This document shows positions 11,375-20,897 of a DNA stretch of 50,636 nucleotides, piece by piece. Position numbers and translations under genes: made by a program. Origin of the DNA: an uncultured Prochlorococcus sp. Its GTDB lineage: Bacteria; Cyanobacteriota; Cyanobacteriia; PCC-6307; Cyanobiaceae. The notes below the pieces were generated by a model, which did not search any database, was not told the origin of the DNA, and saw only the letters and a program-made list of their open reading frames with translations. Every line of letters starts with the position of its first letter. Within the stretch, counting starts at the first letter, position 1. Location of the stretch: the NCBI GenBank assembly GCA_902574405.1, contig CACGMX010000001.1:1-50636 (forward strand), written 5' to 3'.

Positions 11375-12413
11375 TTAAATCAAGACCTTCATCCATTGAA
11401 AATCCACTGATAATATTTAAATTTTGAATTGCTTGACCCGTCTGACCTTTTAACAAATTATCAATTACAGATAATATAATTATTCTTCCATTTCGATTAT
11501 CAACCTTAACAGAAAGTAAAATTTGGTTTGTATTTTTAACCCATTTTGTTGATGGGAATGTATCTACAGGTAAGATTTTAATATTTTTAAAATTTCTATA
11601 ATAATTATCAAGAAGAATTCTACAGTCATCAGAAGTTAATCCTGGATCTCTTAATCTCCCATATATAGTCGAATGCATACCTCTTGAGATTGGGACTAAA
11701 TGAGGTGTAAAAAGCAGTTCAATTTTATTTCCAGAAATTAAAGATGCCACTTGCTCGATCTCTGAGGTATGTCTATGGTTTATCAATCCATATGCTGATA
11801 GACCTTCTCCACATTCAGATAAGAGTAGCTTTTGGTTTGGTTCTCGACCACCTCCAGAGGTTCCGCTTTTAGAGTCAATAACTATACCTTCATTTTCAAT
11901 AATTCCTTGAGAGAGATAAGGAGCTAATGGAATAAGAGCAGATGTTGGATAGCATCCTGGACAGGCAATTAATCTTCCTTTTGAAATGGCTTCTTTATTT
12001 ATTTCAGGAAGACCGTAAACTGCCTCTTTACATAAATCATCATCATTCCTTTTATAAATAGCAGCTTCTTTGGAATATACTTTTTTCCATTCATCTAAGG
12101 ACTTATATCTATAATCAGCAGATAAATCAATAACTTTAAGTCCTCTATCTAATAACTTTCTTGCCAATGTTGAAGATAAGCCATTTGGTAAGCAAAGCAA
12201 TGCAACATCAGCATTTTTTGAAATATTATCAACTGAAATTTCTTCTATATAAGGATCATTATCTAGATAAATAAAAGGGAAATTATCATTCCACTTTGAT
12301 CCAGATGTTTTATTACCTCCTAAAAATGAAATTTTGTATTTTTTATTTTTCTTTAAAAGATTTACCGCTTGAATACCGCCGTAACCTGTAGCACCTACTA
12401 TTGCAACATTCAT
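11358..12413 (-). CDS. argC: N-acetyl-gamma-glutamyl-phosphate reductase
   Basis: IVGATGYGG, DLSADYR, ACPGCYPT, HRHTSEI, DNLLKG. Confidence 0.97.
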   Translation of the reverse strand: MNVAIVGATGYGGIQAVNLLKKNKKYKISFLGGNKTSGSKWNDNFPFIYLDNDPYIEEISVDNISKNADVALLCLPNGLSSTLARKLLDRGLKVIDLSADYRYKSLDEWKKVYSKEAAIYKRNDDDLCKEAVYGLPEINKEAISKGRLIACPGCYPTSALIPLAPYLSQGIIENEGIVIDSKSGTSGGGREPNQKLLLSECGEGLSAYGLINHRHTSEIEQVASLISGNKIELLFTPHLVPISRGMHSTIYGRLRDPGLTSDDCRILLDNYYRNFKNIKILPVDTFPSTKWVKNTNQILLSVKVDNRNGRIIILSVIDNLLKGQTGQAIQNLNIISGFSMDEGLDLTNNFP

Positions 12414-12501
12414 TTCTTTGAATTGGCAGACTTTGAGATAGGATTATAAAGTGTTGAATTTAAGGTAACTAAAACACTATTTTTCTATATTGATAGGAAT
12501 A

Positions 12502-14226
12502 ATGAAAGAAACAAGTCCCAAATCAAATAATGGAACAATTTTGGATATAAATGAATCTTTTAAAATTGAATTTGATCCTATCAGTGATGCGTTGGCAGCC
12601 ATAAGAAATGGCGAATGCATAATTGTTGTAGATGATGAGAGAAGAGAAAATGAAGGAGATTTAATATGTGCGGCTCAGTTTGCAACTCCACAGCAAATTA
12701 ATTTTATGGCTACTGAGGGACGTGGTCTTATATGCCTAGCCATGCAAGGCGAAAAACTTGATTCTTTAGATTTACCATTAATGGTAGATAGAAATACAGA
12801 TGAAAATCAAACAGCTTTTACGATTTCAATTGATGCTGGACCTGAAAATAATGTTACTACTGGAATTTCTGCTGAAGACAGGGCAAAGACTATTCAAGTT
12901 GCTATAAACCCAAATACAAAACCCGATGATTTGAGAAGGCCAGGACATATTTTTCCATTAAGAGCTAAGAAAGGTGGAGTATTAAAAAGAGCAGGTCATA
13001 CTGAAGCAGCAGTAGATATTGCGGCAATGTCAGGTCTTTATCCCGCTGGAGTGATTTGCGAAATACAAAATCCTGATGGTTCCATGTCAAGACTTCCACA
13101 ACTTAAAGAGTATGCAAAACAGTGGGGAATGAAATTAATATCTATAGCTGATTTAATTAGTTATCGTTTTCAAACTGAGAGATTTGTATTTAGAAAATCT
13201 GATGCGGTACTTCCAAGTATTTTTGGTAATTTCAAAGCTTATGGATATGTTAATGAACTTGATGGTTCAGAGCACGTTGCATTAGTTAAACAAAAATCAT
13301 CAAAATTAAGCGAACCTGTTCTAGTAAGAATGCATTCAGAGTGCTTAACTGGCGATGCTTTTGGATCATTACGTTGTGATTGCAGACCCCAGTTAGAGGC
13401 GGCTTTATCAAGAATAGAAAAGGAGGAGGAGGGAGTTGTTGTCTACTTGAGACAAGAAGGTAGAGGTATTGGTCTAATAAATAAATTAAAAGCTTACAGT
13501 TTACAGGATGGTGGATTAGACACAGTAGAAGCTAATGAAAAATTAGGTTTTCCAGCTGATCTCAGAAATTATGGAGTTGGAGCACAGATATTAACCGATC
13601 TAGGGATTAAAAAGCTAAAATTACTTACAAATAATCCTAGAAAGATTGCTGGATTAGGTGGGTATGGAATTGAGGTTATTGAGAGAGTTCCATTAGTAAT
13701 TTGTCCAAACGATAATAATGCAGAATATTTGAGTGTAAAAAGAACGAAATTAGGGCACATGATAGATGAAGATAATCCTAATTCTAGAAATATCGATCCA
13801 TTTATATCAATTTTTCTAGATGGAAAATATAAAACTATTGATCTAGTTCCAATAAGAAATAATGTTATTAAATTTTGTGGAGATAAGAACATTAATATTA
13901 AACTAGAAAGTACTCCAAGATTATTAGCTTTTTGGAATCGACCAAAATTAGTGTGGAGAATTTTGCATGATCATAATAGAACCAATTCCAATATTAATGA
14001 TGAAGAAATAAAGAATATAGAACTATTTATTCAGTTTTTATCAAATTATGAAAATAGTTCAAAGATTGGAATTATCGTTTCTAGAAACATTGAACAGGCA
14101 TTACACCCAAAAAGTAGCATCAAATTAATCAATACTAAATTTACTATTAATAATGAAATCTTATATTCATCTACAAGAAAATTTAATTTAGATAAAGAGA
14201 CATTTAGTATTGTTTTTGAAAACTAA
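12502..14226 (+). CDS. ribBA: Bifunctional DHBP synthase / GTP cyclohydrolase II
   Basis: [45 protein letters not shown]. The ATG at 12502 is preferred over TTG at 12490. Confidence 0.96.
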   Translation: MKETSPKSNNGTILDINESFKIEFDPISDALAAIRNGECIIVVDDERRENEGDLICAAQFATPQQINFMATEGRGLICLAMQGEKLDSLDLPLMVDRNTDENQTAFTISIDAGPENNVTTGISAEDRAKTIQVAINPNTKPDDLRRPGHIFPLRAKKGGVLKRAGHTEAAVDIAAMSGLYPAGVICEIQNPDGSMSRLPQLKEYAKQWGMKLISIADLISYRFQTERFVFRKSDAVLPSIFGNFKAYGYVNELDGSEHVALVKQKSSKLSEPVLVRMHSECLTGDAFGSLRCDCRPQLEAALSRIEKEEEGVVVYLRQEGRGIGLINKLKAYSLQDGGLDTVEANEKLGFPADLRNYGVGAQILTDLGIKKLKLLTNNPRKIAGLGGYGIEVIERVPLVICPNDNNAEYLSVKRTKLGHMIDEDNPNSRNIDPFISIFLDGKYKTIDLVPIRNNVIKFCGDKNINIKLESTPRLLAFWNRPKLVWRILHDHNRTNSNINDEEIKNIELFIQFLSNYENSSKIGIIVSRNIEQALHPKSSIKLINTKFTINNEILYSSTRKFNLDKETFSIVFEN

Positions 14227-14230
14227 GTTA

Positions 14231-14668
14231 CTATTTTAACGTTGCTTTTAAAATTTTTGAACCATTAGTTAGCTTTAATACTACATCCATGTCATCAGTC
14301 CTACCAAAAACAGTATGAACTCCATCAAGATGAGGTTGTGGTTCATAAACTATGAAAAACTGACTGCCACCTGTATCCTTTCCTGCATGAGCCATAGAAA
14401 GTGAACCTTTCAAATGTTTTTTGGAATTAATTTCACATTTAATATTATATCCAGGTCCACCAGTTCCAGGCATGCCAGTTGCTCCATCACGAGTATTTGG
14501 ACATCCACCCTGAGCCATAAATCCTGGAATAACTCTGTGAAATGCTAGACCATTATAAAAACCATCACTTATTAAATTCGTAAAGTTTTTAACTGTATTA
14601 GGGGCGTCGTCAGAGAAAAATTCAATATTAATGTTGCCAACTTCTGTTTCAAATAAAGCTGTTGTCAT
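14231..14668 (-). CDS. Cyclophilin-type peptidyl-prolyl cis-trans isomerase
   Basis: [39 protein letters not shown]. Confidence 0.95.
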   Translation of the reverse strand: MTTALFETEVGNINIEFFSDDAPNTVKNFTNLISDGFYNGLAFHRVIPGFMAQGGCPNTRDGATGMPGTGGPGYNIKCEINSKKHLKGSLSMAHAGKDTGGSQFFIVYEPQPHLDGVHTVFGRTDDMDVVLKLTNGSKILKATLK

Positions 14669-14705
14669 GTTTTATTTATTTAATAACTTATTGACATATT
14701 AATAG

Positions 14706-15095
14706 CTAAAGTAACTTTTCAAGGTTTTCCTTAATGGTATTTATATCAATGTTATCTTTACTACTAATTTTGTCTTCCTCCCAATTTTCAACTTCTAGAT
14801 TTTTCTGAGGTGGTGAAATTAGTAACCTATCTTCGGCTGTTTTAGGAACAAAATTTTTTTCTACTAATTTGCATTCATAGTCTAATTTAATGCAGAAATC
14901 TTTTATTTCCTCCATGTCGATCATTTCAACTGTTGGCAAAGGAAAATCTTGAGCTTCAAGTAAACCGCAATATCTTGTTGCATCATCCTTATCTTCAAAC
15001 ATAAGAACTATGGTCCTACCTTTAAGTTCAATTGAATGAATTCCTTCCTTATCTGTTCCTGAATTATATAAAAGAACAAATATGTTCATAAGCAT
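14706..15095 (-). CDS. Conserved cyanobacterial protein (DUF3110-like)
   Basis: EGIHSI, VLMFEDKDDATRYCGLLEAQDFP. It lies downstream of dnaJ as in other cyanobacteria (recall). Confidence 0.7.
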   Translation of the reverse strand: MLMNIFVLLYNSGTDKEGIHSIELKGRTIVLMFEDKDDATRYCGLLEAQDFPLPTVEMIDMEEIKDFCIKLDYECKLVEKNFVPKTAEDRLLISPPQKNLEVENWEEDKISSKDNIDINTIKENLEKLL

Positions 15096-15124
15096 CTATT
15101 TTTTTCTATTTATATAATATTTGA

Positions 15125-16051
15125 TTAAGAATCAGAAAGTGATAGTTCTTGTAATCTTGTATATAAAGCAATTTCTTCATCATTAATATCTGCAGGTATC
15201 ACTACCAAAATTTCGACATATTGATCGCCTACATTATCTTCATAACTTAAGCCCCTACCTTTCAAACGTAACATTCTTCCAGTGGATGATTTTGGAGGGA
15301 CTTGAAGTGTGACATTTCCATCAAGGGTAGGAACTTCTACGGCACATCCTAGTAGAGCATCATGAGGAAGTAATTCTAATTTATATAGAACTCTTAATCC
15401 ATCAATTCTTAGACCACTTTCCGTTTGAACTTTCAACTGTAGATAATGATCTTTACCTCCTCTTGCAATATTTTCAAGTCTTAATCTCCATCCATCACCA
15501 GCGAATGAAGGTGTATCAACTTCTACTACAGTTTCATCTTCAAGTTCTATTAAAATTGAGGCTCCATTTAAGGCCTCATCTGGAGTTAATTCAATAATTG
15601 TCTCAATATCCTGATGGAGTTTAACTGGAGGTGGTTCATTCGGAGAGGTTGCAGGGTATTCATAATTATTAAATTCATCATCATCTATATTTATGGATTC
15701 ATCCTCAAATGATTCATCGTTATATTCATCGTAATTCTTTGGAAAGTATTCATATCCAAATAATGAATCAAGATAATCTTGAAAATCAGGAAACCCTGTC
15801 TTGAAAATATTATTTTCATTATCTTCCTGGATATTTTCATCAGAAATATTTTTACTTTTATTGGGATCACTAAGATACTCGTATGCCTCGTTAATTAATT
15901 TAAATCTTTCCTCTGCATTAAGATCATTCTTATTTAGATCTGGGTGCCATTTTCTTGCTTCTCTTCGAAAGGCCTTTTTAAGTTCTTTATTATCAAAATC
16001 AGGGGATAAACCCAAAATCGACAAATAGTCTTTTTTAGAGGAAGTAGTCAT
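15125..16051 (-). CDS. dnaJ: DnaJ-class co-chaperone (J domain plus C-terminal domain, no zinc finger)
   Basis: KDYLSILG, WHPD, FKLINEAYEYLSD, VEVPTLDG, LRLKGRG. The likely start is MTTSSKK (ATG at 16051), overlapping the dnaK 3' end by 17 nt. Confidence 0.9.
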   Translation of the reverse strand: MTTSSKKDYLSILGLSPDFDNKELKKAFRREARKWHPDLNKNDLNAEERFKLINEAYEYLSDPNKSKNISDENIQEDNENNIFKTGFPDFQDYLDSLFGYEYFPKNYDEYNDESFEDESINIDDDEFNNYEYPATSPNEPPPVKLHQDIETIIELTPDEALNGASILIELEDETVVEVDTPSFAGDGWRLRLENIARGGKDHYLQLKVQTESGLRIDGLRVLYKLELLPHDALLGCAVEVPTLDGNVTLQVPPKSSTGRMLRLKGRGLSYEDNVGDQYVEILVVIPADINDEEIALYTRLQELSLSDS

Positions 16052-18032
16052 TGTCCCATGGATCATCGTCCCTAGAATTACCATACCTCGAATTTCTATA
16101 ATTTCTATTCATTTGATTATCCCAAGGATCATCATCCCAATAATCATCTGAAAAGAGTTCATCCTTTAATGATCCAAATGTATTTTTTATACCTTGTAAT
16201 GGATTATTTTCAATTTTCTTTTCTGCTGCAAATTTTCTGTTCAAGCCGAATAATGCTTCTTGGAGAGCACTTACTGAAATTTCTAGTTCTTGAGGATCTT
16301 CATCATCTATATAATCTTCAACATCTTGTATTGCTAATTCAACAGCTCTTTGCTGCCTCTCTGCCCCATAAGGGCCAAATTCTAAAGAAGCATCCCTAAG
16401 TCTCCTCTCGGCTTGAGCTATAAGAGTTAAAGCTCCATTTTTTCTGTCAATGACAGATCTCCTCTTCCTATCTTCATTAGCTTTTGATTTAGCCTCTTCA
16501 ATTATCGTATTTATTTCTTGCTCATTTAAATTAGAACCTCCTGAGATTGTAACTGTTTGCTTTCTTCCCGTTGTTCTATCAGTTGCACTTACTTCTAATA
16601 GGCCATTAGCATCTATATCAAATGCTACTTGGACTTGAGGTATACCTCTTGGAGCTGGAGGTATTCCGGATAGTCTAAATTTACCAAGTGATTTATTTTC
16701 AGAGGCTAAAGGCCTTTCTCCCTGCCGTACTTGAACAACAACTGATGATTGATTAGCTTCAGACGTACTAAAAACATCAGATTGTCTAACTGGTATTGGC
16801 GTATTACGAGGAATGAGTACCTTCATAAGACCACCAATAGTTTCTAAACCTAAAGATAAGGGAGTAACGTCATTTAGTAGTAAATCTTGTAAATCACCAC
16901 TAATAATTCCAGATTGTATCGCAGCTCCAATTGCAACAACTTCGTCTGGATTAACAGATTGACACGGATCATTTGGGACAAGAGTCTTTACTAATTGTTG
17001 AACCATTGGGATCCTTGTACTGCCACCTACAAGAACTACTTCATCTATATCTTCTGCGTTCCATCCAGAATCATCTAAAGCTATTTGCACAGGCTCTAAT
17101 AATCTATCAAGTAAATCTTGTGACAATTTTTCAAATATTTTTCTATCTAAGGTTTCTTCAATATGTAACGGCCCCTCTTTACTTGTCGTGATAAAGGGTA
17201 AAGATATTTTTGTTTTTTGTAATCCAGACAATTCACATTTTGCTTTTTCAGCAGCCTCAGTTAATCTCTGTAATGCTTGTCTATCCCTTCTTAGATCTAT
17301 ATCATGTTTAACTAGAAATTTTTCTGCAAGCCAATCAACTATTTTTGAATCAAAATTGTTTCCTCCTAGCTGTGTATCACCACAAGTTGCTTTAACATCA
17401 AATACACCATTAGAAATTTTCAATAATGAAACATCAAAGGTTCCTCCTCCTAAATCAAAAACCAAAACATTATTAGAAGAACTTTTTTCAAAACCATAAG
17501 CTAGAGCAGCAGCAGTAGGTTCATTTAAGATTCTATCTACTTTAATACCTGCTAATATTGCAGAATCCTTTGTGGCTTGCCTTTGAGATTCATTAAAGTA
17601 AGCGGGGACAGTAATAACTGCAGAATCAACAGTATCTCCAAGATATGTTTCAGCATCATTAATTAATTTTCTAATCAATGAACTCACTAATTCTTCTGGT
17701 GCATACTCTCTTTCTGTATTGGGACTAAGAACCCTAACGCTTCCATTGTTATTAGCCTTTACGTTATAAGGAACAGAAATACTATTCTCATCTAATTCGT
17801 CCCAGTCACTACCAATAAATCTTTTTAGGTTATAAAAGGTATTCTTGGGATTTAGAACAAGTTGTCTTCTCGCTTGGTCTCCTATTACTATTTCCTTGTC
17901 TTTTGTAAATCCAATTATTGAAGGTGTAGTTCTGGAACCCTCAGAATTTGCAATAACAATTGGACGTCCAGCTTCTATAACTCCTACAACAGAGTTAGTA
18001 GTACCTAAATCAATTCCAACTATTTGCCCCAT
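16035..18032 (-). CDS. dnaK: Hsp70 chaperone, cyanobacterial DnaK3-type paralogue
   Basis: [36 protein letters not shown]. Acidic Trp-containing C-terminal tail and adjacent dnaJ. Confidence 0.96.
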   Translation of the reverse strand: MGQIVGIDLGTTNSVVGVIEAGRPIVIANSEGSRTTPSIIGFTKDKEIVIGDQARRQLVLNPKNTFYNLKRFIGSDWDELDENSISVPYNVKANNNGSVRVLSPNTEREYAPEELVSSLIRKLINDAETYLGDTVDSAVITVPAYFNESQRQATKDSAILAGIKVDRILNEPTAAALAYGFEKSSSNNVLVFDLGGGTFDVSLLKISNGVFDVKATCGDTQLGGNNFDSKIVDWLAEKFLVKHDIDLRRDRQALQRLTEAAEKAKCELSGLQKTKISLPFITTSKEGPLHIEETLDRKIFEKLSQDLLDRLLEPVQIALDDSGWNAEDIDEVVLVGGSTRIPMVQQLVKTLVPNDPCQSVNPDEVVAIGAAIQSGIISGDLQDLLLNDVTPLSLGLETIGGLMKVLIPRNTPIPVRQSDVFSTSEANQSSVVVQVRQGERPLASENKSLGKFRLSGIPPAPRGIPQVQVAFDIDANGLLEVSATDRTTGRKQTVTISGGSNLNEQEINTIIEEAKSKANEDRKRRSVIDRKNGALTLIAQAERRLRDASLEFGPYGAERQQRAVELAIQDVEDYIDDEDPQELEISVSALQEALFGLNRKFAAEKKIENNPLQGIKNTFGSLKDELFSDDYWDDDPWDNQMNRNYRNSRYGNSRDDDPWDNDYFL

Positions 18033-18245
18033 GATTTTAGATCGCTAAATTAAAGCAAAATTTACTATTAATTTAATTAATTTTTATCTAAGATATTTAC
18101 ATATAATAGTAAAAATGAAATATTTTCAACTTTATATAAATAAATAAGATTATTTATTACTTGTTAAAAAGATTACTATCTAATATAAAAAATTCATTAT
18201 AGAAAAAGATGTTGATGTAGTTAACCAAAATAAACTAATATAAAA

Positions 18246-18332
18246 CGGAGAGAGAGGGATTCGAACCCTCGATAAAGTTGCCCCTATACAGCATTTCCAG
18301 TGCTGCGCCTTCAACCACTCGGCCACCTCTCC
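18246..18332 (-). tRNA. tRNA-Ser(GGA), 87 nt, long variable arm, CCA not encoded
   Basis: Reverse complement GGAGAGGTGGCCGAGTGGTTGAAGGCG-CAGCA CT GGA AA TGCTG-TATAGGGGCAACTTTATC-GAGGG TTCGAAT CCCTC-TCTCTCCG. Acceptor, D, anticodon and T arms all pair. Confidence 0.97.
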
Positions 18333-18381
18333 CGAGATAACTATTTTAACCCTTGATCATCCCATTTTAGAGGAAAGTTAT

Positions 18382-18756
18382 TTGAAAAAGACTTTCACAG
18401 TCACGATTAAAAATAAGGAAACCGGAAAGGTTTACCAAGAACAAGTTAATAGTGATGATTACATACTTAAGGAATTCGAAAAGAAAGGTTTAAAACTTGC
18501 ATTTTCATGTAGAAATGGTTGCTGTACAAGATGTGCCGTTAAAATAATATCTGGTAGTTTGCAACAACCTGAAGCCATGGGTGTATCTCAAGCCTTAAAA
18601 GATAAAGGTTATGCACTATTTTGTGTTGCTAAAGCAACTTCAGATCTTGAGGTAGAGACTACATATGAAGATGAAGTTTATCATTTACAATTTGGACAAT
18701 TTTTTGGGAGAGGAAATACAAGAGTTGCGCCACCTTGGGAGTTTGAGGAAGATTAA
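18382..18756 (+). CDS. 2Fe-2S ferredoxin-like protein (plant-type, C-terminally extended)
   Basis: FSCRNGCCTRC (Cx4Cx2C) plus a distal Cys in YALFCVAK. EDEVY..QFG tail. TTG start. Confidence 0.9.
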   Translation: MKKTFTVTIKNKETGKVYQEQVNSDDYILKEFEKKGLKLAFSCRNGCCTRCAVKIISGSLQQPEAMGVSQALKDKGYALFCVAKATSDLEVETTYEDEVYHLQFGQFFGRGNTRVAPPWEFEED

Positions 18757-18761
18757 TTATC

Positions 18762-19610
18762 ATGTTTGAAATAAGTGAAATAGAGCAAATTGCTAATCAA
18801 GTAAACTTATCCAGTTTGTTTGAAATAGCAAAGAACTCCGCTCAAATTGGTAATGAAATTCTAAAAATTAATTACAATAAAATTCAGAAAATATCTTCAA
18901 AGGGTAGGAAAGGCGATCTAGTAACCAATGTAGATTTGGAAGTTGAAAATAAAATAAAAGAATATTTACTAGAAGAGACACCAAACATATCTATCAATGC
19001 AGAGGAATCAGGTAAATTAAACAAATCCTCAGATTTAACATGGTGTATAGACCCATTAGACGGTACGACAAATTATTCTCATGGATATCCTTTTTTTGGA
19101 ACTTCTATTGGTCTTGTATACAAAAACAAACCAATTATAGGGGCTATATCAGTACCTTATTTAAATGAGCTGTATTCAGCCTGTATCGGTTTAGGATCAT
19201 TCTGTAATGATAGCAAACTTAAAGTATCGAATCCTTCAAATCTTTCTGATAGTCTACTTGTAACTGGTTTCTCTTATGACAGATTTGAGACGGAGGATAA
19301 TAATTATGCTGAATTTTGTTACTTAACACATAAAACTAGAGGTGTCAGAAGAGGGGGAGCAGCAGCAGTTGATCTAGCATTCGTTGCTTCTGGTAAGGTT
19401 GATGGATATTGGGAAAGAGGATTGGAGGTATGGGACCTAGCGGCCGGTGCTATCATTGTAAAAGAAGCTGGTGGAATTATTTCAGATTATCCATCGGGTA
19501 AATTTAATTTAAGTTCTGGGCGAATTTTAGCTTGTTCACCAAACCTTGAAAATGAATTAAAAAATGAACTAGATAAAGTTTCTCCTTTTAAAAAAAATCT
19601 CTATACGTAA
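18762..19610 (+). CDS. suhB: Inositol monophosphatase family protein
   Basis: WCIDPLDGTTNY, GAAAVDLA, WDLAAG. Confidence 0.9.
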   Translation: MFEISEIEQIANQVNLSSLFEIAKNSAQIGNEILKINYNKIQKISSKGRKGDLVTNVDLEVENKIKEYLLEETPNISINAEESGKLNKSSDLTWCIDPLDGTTNYSHGYPFFGTSIGLVYKNKPIIGAISVPYLNELYSACIGLGSFCNDSKLKVSNPSNLSDSLLVTGFSYDRFETEDNNYAEFCYLTHKTRGVRRGGAAAVDLAFVASGKVDGYWERGLEVWDLAAGAIIVKEAGGIISDYPSGKFNLSSGRILACSPNLENELKNELDKVSPFKKNLYT

Positions 19611-19628
19611 AATTCGTTAAATATTAAA

Positions 19629-20780
19629 ATGACAGATATAAAGGAAATTAAATTATTAGATGTAAAAAATAACTCTAATATCATTAATAATTTAAATAGT
19701 ATTTATAAACTATGGGGGTATGAAGAGGTTTCGCCATCATTTATAAATACTGTAGAGACAATAAAAGGTCGTGGAGTTATTGAAGAAAATCAGCTTGTGG
19801 GAATAGTTAGTAATAATTCCTTATGTCTAAGGCCCGAAATGACAACATCCATTGTTAAATTGTCATCTACTAGATTAATAAATAAGAAAAGACCTATAAG
19901 ATTATTTACCAATGGAATGGTCTTTGATAAAAAACAAAATAATAAAAATTCATTCAAGTTACAAGAAAAATTACAGAGTGGAATTGAATTAATTGGATAT
20001 GATACTAAATACCCAGAAATTGAAGTTATTAATATATTGTTTGATGCAATCGATAATATTAATTTGAAGGATAGTTGTAATTTGTTTCTACTAGTAAGCA
20101 CAACAAAAATAATGGATTTAATATTAAATAAATATAAGAATAATAATTTTGAAGAAATCAAAAAAAGTCTAGTTAATTTTGATCAAGATAATTTATCTAA
20201 ATTAGAAATTGATGAAGATGATAAATATATTCTTAAAGATCTCTTATTTACAAGAGGTGAACCAATTGCAATATTAAAAAAATTGAAAACCACATATGGC
20301 AGTAGCAAAACTATAGATGATTTAAATTTTTTATTTGAAACGTTATCAAGAATTTCAAGTAAATATGGTATTAAATTGCAACTAGATCCCACTTTTCAAC
20401 CTCACTTGAATTTATATGAAGGAATAGTTTTTCAGCTTATAGGAGATGATGGAAATAATAAAAGCGTTATTGCGAAAGGAGGGAGATATGATGAGTTAGT
20501 AAGATCCTTTAGTCCTAATGAGAAAATCTTAAATGGGATTGGATTTACAATTTCAATAGACATATTAAGAAATTTAATAATGGAAGAAAAGACAGATAAA
20601 AAAAAGCTTTTATTAATGTTTAAAGATTCCTATTTGTTAGAAAAAAGTATGAACGTACAAAAAGAACAACATAAAAGAGGAAATATTGCCGTCTTATATT
20701 TAAATCCATGTAATGACTTATCTAAAGCCAATCAAATAATGAAAGAAAACAATTGTAGTGAAATTTTGTGGGTTAAATAA
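19629..20780 (+). CDS. hisZ: ATP phosphoribosyltransferase regulatory subunit (HisRS-like)
   Basis: WGYEEV, CLRPEMTTSI, QSGIELIG, LYEGIVFQ, GGRYDEL, GIGF. Confidence 0.85.
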   Translation: MTDIKEIKLLDVKNNSNIINNLNSIYKLWGYEEVSPSFINTVETIKGRGVIEENQLVGIVSNNSLCLRPEMTTSIVKLSSTRLINKKRPIRLFTNGMVFDKKQNNKNSFKLQEKLQSGIELIGYDTKYPEIEVINILFDAIDNINLKDSCNLFLLVSTTKIMDLILNKYKNNNFEEIKKSLVNFDQDNLSKLEIDEDDKYILKDLLFTRGEPIAILKKLKTTYGSSKTIDDLNFLFETLSRISSKYGIKLQLDPTFQPHLNLYEGIVFQLIGDDGNNKSVIAKGGRYDELVRSFSPNEKILNGIGFTISIDILRNLIMEEKTDKKKLLLMFKDSYLLEKSMNVQKEQHKRGNIAVLYLNPCNDLSKANQIMKENNCSEILWVK

Positions 20781-20897
20781 AATCTTTTAGAGTTATATTT
20801 TGGTTTTTAAATTCATATATTGTTCGGACAATACTCCTAATTAAACTTGATTAACTAGATTTTAGGAAATAAGATTTAATTTGTTTGATTTTTTTAA

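Noticed and set aside
19629-19700. hisZ lacks the usual N-terminal P.G.RD motif, suggesting truncation
   Set aside because: The frame is intact, starts 18 nt after suhB and keeps the downstream motifs, so divergence is more likely than a pseudogene.
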